Source of the DNA: Octopus sinensis | Taxonomy: Eukaryota | Assembly: GCF_006345805.1 (NCBI RefSeq) | Contig: NC_043013.1 | Coordinates: 23,498,001-23,562,000, forward strand | Direction: 5' to 3' | Length of the DNA: 64,000 nt | Shown: positions 55,001 to 62,800 of the stretch, piece by piece | Position numbering within the stretch: position 1 is the stretch's first letter | How the letters are laid out: each line of letters starts with the position of its first letter | The notes under the pieces: generated by a model | Databases searched by the model: none | Told to the model about the DNA's origin: nothing | The model's input: only the letters and a program-made list of their open reading frames with translations | Program-made: the position numbers and the translations under genes

Positions 55001-56764
55001 CACCTATGCTTGTGCCATGTAAAAAGCACTAAGTCCACTCTGCTGAGTGGTTGGTGTTAGGAAGGGCATCCAGCTGCAAAATTCTTGCCAAAACAGTCAC
55101 AGAAGTTGGTTGCAGGCTTCTGCCTGGCTGGCTCCTGTCAAACCATTCTACCCATTGTGATTCAATGAAGATCTTCAAATGTTTCTGAGAGACTCTTTGT
55201 CACTTTCAAGTTAGCTTTGAATTTGTTCTTGTACCAAAGTTATTGTCTTCCTAGGTCTCTCCTTCTATCATGGAACTAGTTATGCTCAAGGACTTTTGGA
55301 GTTCTGTTATTACTCATTCTGATAACATGATCAACCCATCTTAATTAGGATTACAAAAAAAAAAAAAAAAAAAAGGATTCAATACCATCAATTTTACATT
55401 TAGAGAACAAGTTGATATTTCAAATTCTGTTCAGGAATTGTCTGGAAATGGTTTAAAGACATCCCTTATGAAACCCATCGAGCTGGTTGAGATGTGATTG
55501 ACGGGGGACCCAAGATTCCAATTTGTACAGCTTGGTTGAAAATGTTTGTTTCTAATGAGGTTCCTGTCCATCCAAAAAGCGCTTCTACCTTTGAGTATTT
55601 CATCATCAAGAGGGGCACTAGTTCACTCTACTCCCCAGACAAGTGAAGGTCTTTAAATATTTCAGGTTTTTGTCATCAGTGAAGGGAATTAATGAACAGG
55701 TCGTCATTGTTGTTTTATACCTGATCTACTCAGGGATGAACCTTGGCTGGTGGACGTCTTCTAAAGCTGGTAATGAAACCAAAAGCTTTACTCATATTAG
55801 AGAAATTATTTACAAGCTCCTGTGCTTCTTCCATAGATGTTGCAACAACAACATCAGCAGCAAACAAGTCCTGTATCATTGGCAGTCAGACAAGAGGTTT
55901 GGCTTTAAAGCACTGGAGATTGAAGAGGCCATTGCTGGTATGGAAATTATACGCCAGAATTGAGATCACCATATGCATGATGCAACACAAAAGAAAATCT
56001 TATTACTGACTACAAATTATTTACATTATTTACATTTGACGGATATTTGTCCTCATCTTGTTTGCTGTTAAGACAATATTTCAGCTGATATATCCTCCAG
56101 CCTTCATCAGGTGTCATGGGGAAATTTCGAACCAAGGTTCTCATTCCCAAGATATATCAGCCAAAATGTTGTGTTAACAACAAACAAGATGAGGACATAT
56201 GTCCGTCAAATGTAAATAATGTACATAATTCCTCATCTCTTTAATATAGAACTGTATTGACTACAAAGTCTGTATGTGTACATATGTATGTATGAGAATG
56301 TGTGTGCATGTACATGTCTGTGTGCACGTGTGTGTAAATATTTGATGATGCACTCATATGGTGTGTGTGTGATTCTGTGGGTGGCAATCATAGAGAAGAA
56401 TATATCCGTCCTCTGAAACCATCCCAGCATGAAGGTGTGCCTACCTCATATTTACATTCTTTGAAATATGTTCATCTAGAGATGCAGAACTCTAGTAAAA
56501 ACCTTCCTACTCACAAACTTGTTCACTCTCTTTCAATTTTGTCCCAACATTTTCATTCCTTACTCTTTTACTTGCTTCAGTCATTTTGACTGCGGCCATG
56601 CTGGAGCACCGCCTTTAGTCGAGCAAATCGATCCCGGGACTTATTCTTTGTAAGCCCAGTACTTATTCTATCAGTCTCTTTTGCCGAACCGCTAAGTGAC
56701 GGGGACATAAACACACCAGCATCGGTTGTCAAGCAATGCTAGGGGGACAAACACAGACACACAA

Positions 56765-56800
<36 letters not shown>

Positions 56801-59800
56801 ATATATACGACAGGCTTCTTTCAGTTTCTGTCTACCAAATCCACTCACAAGGCATTGGTCGGCCCGGGGCTATAGCAGAAGACACTTGCCCAAGATGCCA
56901 CGCAGTGGGACTGAACCCGGAACCATGTGGTTGGTTAGCAAGCTACTTACCACACAGCCATTCCTGCGCCTTATTTACTTTTTTTTTTATTCCTTTCTTA
57001 CTTATTTTCCAACTTACTCTTTACATTTTTATTATTTTAATATCCTATGGAACTCTATGGCTAAAGTTTGATCAAATTATTGATGATCAGTTACTTTTTA
57101 TTCTACTCTATTTTCAAATATGGACATTCTAGTATCTGTGAGGTGAGGAAGACTACCAAGTCTGCTGCTATATATAGAGACAACCTCATTAAATTTAGCA
57201 GAGTTAAATGTTTACAGGCTGCAAAATGTTCTGATAAGCAATCCAATTCATTATATTACAGCACAACTATATATATATATATAGCTGACATCTATTTGTA
57301 TATTTATATTAGGTGTTTTTTGTGTCATTAATGTGTTGTTGAAACAGCTGTTATGAAACAACTGTCATCAAAATGGAATAAACATTTCACCTCTAATTGC
57401 TCTTTGTTAATTATCATATAATCATCATCATCATATAATGTCTATTTTCTATGCTGGCCTAGGTCATCATACAGTATGGCAAGAGCTGGCAAGCTAGAGA
57501 GCTGTACTGGCCTCCGGTCATCTGTTTTGGCACGATTCCTACAGCTGGACACCTTTCCTAACACCAACTGTTTTACAGAGTGCACTGGGTGCTTTTACAC
57601 GAGGCCAGCACAGGTGCTCCTTATGTGACACTGACATGAGGGTTTTTTACATAGCATTGGCACAAGTGCTTCCTGTGTGACACTGGGACAGGTGGATTTC
57701 ATATGACACCAGTACCTGCTGGGATGCCAAATGGGCTGGCTTTCACAATAAAGACATCTCAGCTGAGAGAGAGAGGATCTGAGAGAAGTGGCCATATGTG
57801 CCAGGCAAGAGGTCAGAGTATGACAGAAGAGCAGGGATAGGTGTCTTACTAGAGAGGAGATGCTTCGCTGCTCCAATAGGACAAAGAAGGGGCGAGAGGG
57901 AGAAAGATAGAGCCTGTCAGTCAGAGAGGGGGGGGGGGCTACTCACAAAGAACAGTGGAGGAAGGGGCATAAGTAGTACAGAGGGGATAGAAGAGATAGC
58001 AAGTGATCTTGAGAAGAAGCTGGAGGGGTCTGCAGTGGGTGTTGGGGAGTTTGGAGGGATGGTTGTGGGTGAGTTTTGCCAGGGGACAGAGTTGTGTGTG
58101 TGTGTGTGTGTGTGTGTGCATGTATATATTCTTCAGCAAGCTTGAGCTGACCATTTCCCTACATCTTTTTTCCAGAGACCTAGTATAGACTTTACCAGGG
58201 AAGCTCAACAAGGGGATTCCTCTATAATTAGAGAACTCTCCCTTGTCTCTCTCTTTTTAAAAGTTGGGATTATCCCTCTGGATTGCTGTTGCTTTCACAT
58301 CTTTCCAAACCACTTGGCATACATGAAACGGTCAGAGAGTGTCTTCTCTAAGGCCTTTAAAATCTCAGGCTGAATTTTTTTCCTCTCTGGTGGCTGTGAC
58401 AGATTTCACTGCTTTAATGGTCTCAGTGAGCTCAGTCTCCAAGAAGTCAGTCTTCATCCCTAGATGCACCTTATGTCCATCAGAAGATTTATTAGGACTG
58501 ATTTAGGAGATCAGCAAAATAGTTTCTCCACCTCCCAAGAATGCACTTCTTTATAGAGAGAAGAAACCCAGTTAAGTTCTTAACAGAAGGTGTGCAAGTG
58601 GGCTTCTTGTTACAAAGCAGATGGTCTGCCACAGGTCAGGTAAGGTGTAGAGGCCTGCACCGTTACAGTATGTTGCTGCATCACCATGAGATACCTCCTC
58701 ATCTACTGTGACCATGTGGCATCAACCCAGGCAGATTCTGAGTAAAATAAAACATGGTAAGTAGGGTCTAACTTGGAAAATTGAGCAACATGGCCAAATA
58801 GTTGGAGCTGGTGTACCTGGATCACAGGACACATCCCAGCTGAATAGAAATGTTGATTGAATATAAAATCCGACCAATGGTAAACCATAATTGTGTGAAG
58901 TGTCCTGATTCCAAAGAAGTTCAGGTAATTCCTAAGGGTTGTGTCCATGTCTCACAAATATAGAGCAGAACAGGGAGGACCAGAGACCTAAAGAGCCTAA
59001 CCTTTGTCCTCTTCCACAGATATATGACAAATACTCTTGTCCAATAAATCCAAGACTGCATCAGCTCATGTAAGTCTTTTTATGACTTCAGACTCACACC
59101 TTACGCTGTCATGAATCTCTGGTTTGCCACAATTAAATCAAAATGTGGAAAGATCTGTGGATGCTCGTTAATCAAAATATGTTATTGAAAAATAATAAAT
59201 GTTAAGAACTGTAAAGTTCACCATCATCATCATCATTTAACATCTGCCTTTCATGCTGGTATCTAGAATATATTCCAAACATTCCAAACATTATAATGAA
59301 GTAATGAAGGCTGTGACCTTTGTCCCTTGCACAAAATGAATTTTGTGACTCATTAAAACTGATACCATTTTGTTGTCAAAGTATAATATATTTGTTATTT
59401 TGAGCCTAACAACTAAAAACTGTGGAGTCATACAACATGCAGGTTCTGAAAAAAACGTGAAAACATTTCTGCAGATAACACGAAATGAAAATTCTTTTGC
59501 TTCTTCTTTTGTCACCAAATATGAAAACAAGAGGTTAAACAGACGACAGACGCTTAATGCAATGATGTTCTGACAATGGGAAATAGTTTTGTATTGTTAA
59601 TTCATTTTTTTTTTTGTGGTTTATGTGAAAAACAATAAGATGTTCTTTTTAACATCACATTTCAAACATTTCAGTGTCTTTGATAAAATTACCCAAAAGG
59701 AGTAGCAGACCATGACTAAAATTGTGCTAAATTGTAATCTCAGGAAAATTATTCTAATTAGAGAATTATTATTTTTAAATCTCACAACGAGAGATATTCA

Positions 59801-62800
59801 GCAACAATACTTTGTAGTAAAGATTGTTTGCCAACATAACATGGCAGTCCTGGTTTAGGACTAATGTTGCTGTAATTTAGCCCCAGGAAACATCATCTCC
59901 AGCTCACTGTACGACACAATCTGTGTCCTTATATTTTCAAACAAGGCAATCTAGCAACCCCATGACCAAGGAGTTCTGGGATCAAAGTGATATTATGCCC
60001 TAGATTATACTATTGGACCTGTTGATATGAAGATGATGATTGTTATGCTAATAATTATTTAAACTACTTCATACCAAACTGTGAAACCCAATCTATTGAC
60101 ATCCCTTTTTTTCTCCTGGTGCATAAATCTGTGTTTCAAGAATAAACACTTTTAAACGTGCTAATTTGTGACTATATATTCTCCTGGGTGATCTTTGAAA
60201 CTTCAGCAGGTAACACTTTGGCAGTTGTGGAAGAGTTCCTCTTTTTCTTTCTTTACTTTCTTTGATGCTGTGCCACAGTAAGCTTGCATTTTTTTATTTA
60301 TCAAAAGGGATATCTTACAGTGCAATTCAGAATGTTGAGTTGTCGTAGATTGAAGACTGTCACTGTATCAGATCATTAAATTGTTTTTTTTATCTACTGT
60401 TCCTGCCCTTAATATTTGTGTCATCATTTAACCCTTTACTCTGTCAGATTATTCTGTCAAACGTAATCCTTATTATTTACATTGTTTGGAACTAACCACG
60501 CATTATCTTGTAGCTTCAAGATTTCAACGATACAACTGTTTCATTTTAGAATGATGTTGTAGGGTAGGTGTGAGAGGCAGGATCTGGCCAGATTGAACCT
60601 AAAACAGGTAGGATATTTTGGCCGGATATGACCGGTTTAAATACTGAAGGTTTTATGATAGGAAGATTTAATTATAAGGAAATTTTGGCAGAAGTTTCCG
60701 ACAGGTCAAGATACCATGAAAGGGAACTGGAACTGTGCAGAGATAAAATAATAGAAATTATTCAGGTAGGAATTTTTATGATTTTACAGGTGAGAATAAT
60801 TAATTTCTCTTTCTTTTTTCTATAAACAAATGAAGACAAATTCACACAAACTGGAATTTTCTTTCCAGTTTTTGAGAATATTACTTTTAGTATTCCTTTT
60901 GGTTTCACAAATATGCAAATATATAAATAAGGAAATAAATAAACGAAGATGATATCGTTATGCTAATAAGCATTTAACAACAAATGAAAGAAATGTTTTC
61001 CCAGTGTTTAATTACTATAACTTACAACACTAGAAGTTTATTTATTATGGAACAGTAAATCCAAGACATTTTTTTTTTCTTTTTTTTCTTTAGTTTCAGC
61101 TCAGAGCTGCGGCCATGCTGATGCACCGCCGTTTTGTGCTACACTGTTATTACGAAGAACCTTGTCTAATATGTGGCACTTGGTGAAGAATGGAGTTTGA
61201 TATAGCTACTCTCATTTGCACCTCTTGCCATGAGGTAGGTTCATCTGGGACTCTCGACAGGAAGATGTCCAGCTTTGATTTAAAAACTGCTACATCTACT
61301 TTGTGCAAGTTCCTCAGACTCTTTGGGAGAATATTAAATAATTACAGAAAATATTCGTCACAAACAGCAACAGAAATCTTTTTCAAATACTTGTTTACAA
61401 ACAGGTTTACTACCTTGTTCTATGTTTCTTTGGGCTTTCTCTACTCCAATTCTTAACTACTGAAACATTTACCAACTTCAATTATTTTTGTTAGCATCAG
61501 ACCAAAGGAATAAAATGCAGTGTGAAGGCAGTTTAGCAAGAATGGCTAAATTCTTCTGGCTGTTTCAAATAAAATAGTTAAACACATGAACAATTCATTC
61601 TGTACCATCCATATGATTACCAGTTATTGAGCACATAATTCCACCCCACTCCCCCTTTAAATACTGAGCTGTTTATTGTTCTATGTAATATTTCTTTAAC
61701 AAACCCTTTCTCTGTATCTCCTCAAACTATTCCTCCAAATACCACGTTGTGTTCCATCTGTATTCCCTTTCATGATTTGATCGATGCAAACCCATCTCAA
61801 CATACACTCTTCGTGAGCGAACACAAATCTTCTGCCTTGTTCACATTCTACTGAAATTCTTACTAAATCTGGATTAATTCACCAAAAATATTTCCCATCA
61901 AGCAACTACTTTAATAACAGGCTCTGGGAGAGAAACGACAAACTTTTCTTAAATGAGCTTCTTCAACAATACTGTCATTTAGCAATTAATCTGGCCATAT
62001 CTCACAAACCAGCTTCCCTGCTATCTATTTTAGGAATAGCTGTCCTTCGAAGTTCCATGCCTCACGGAGAAGGGAAAGGGTACGTTAGCAGGGGACAATA
62101 ATGTAAAATAGATAAATTACAATGTTTGGATATTTTTTTTCTTTTTGTCTTTCCATAATCATAACTTCTGTGATGTGAAACACAGGAATATTAAAAACTG
62201 AAGGAGGCGGGGAAACTATTCTAGCGATGTGGGACTTCAAGGAAGAGCTACTCCGCAGCTAAACCTTTTTATGAGCCCTTTTCTGACAAAGCACACCAAT
62301 GTGTGTGAAATATCGAGTTATTCTTCAAAAACGAAACTACAAACTCGCATATCTGTTTAGCTCGACTATGTTATCATAAGGTCGGTGTATGCCTCACCAT
62401 GTTGTACGGAGTAGAAGGAGGGCCGTTTCTTACATATTACGAAATTATCCTGCAGGAGATTGATCCATTATTTACAATTGCATCGAAACATGAACAGAAG
62501 GGGGGGGGCGAGGAAAGCACCAAGGCACTAGCCGTGGTTGTCGACGCAAGTAATTACAAATCCGACTAGAAGTCGACAAAGTGAGAACTGGTGGTTCGAA
62601 ACCGTAAGTTGCAGATCGACCAAAGTAGGAAGGTAAACTGAAAAGTCGCCCAGTCAAAGGAAAACGATTTCTGCCAAAGCAGAAAAGGAATGTTATACAA
62701 CATTGTCCTAATTTGTTCCGTCTTATATTCGTCAACAACATTTTAAACAAACCTCATATCTTCACACTCGCTAGACATAAACAACAAAAGCTTGAACTAT

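Noticed and set aside
62290-62750. CpG-rich block with ORF 62472..62750
   Set aside because: No recognisable domain, splice-flanked exon or terminal repeats. It may be part of an unmethylated 5' region or a TE relic and cannot be resolved here.
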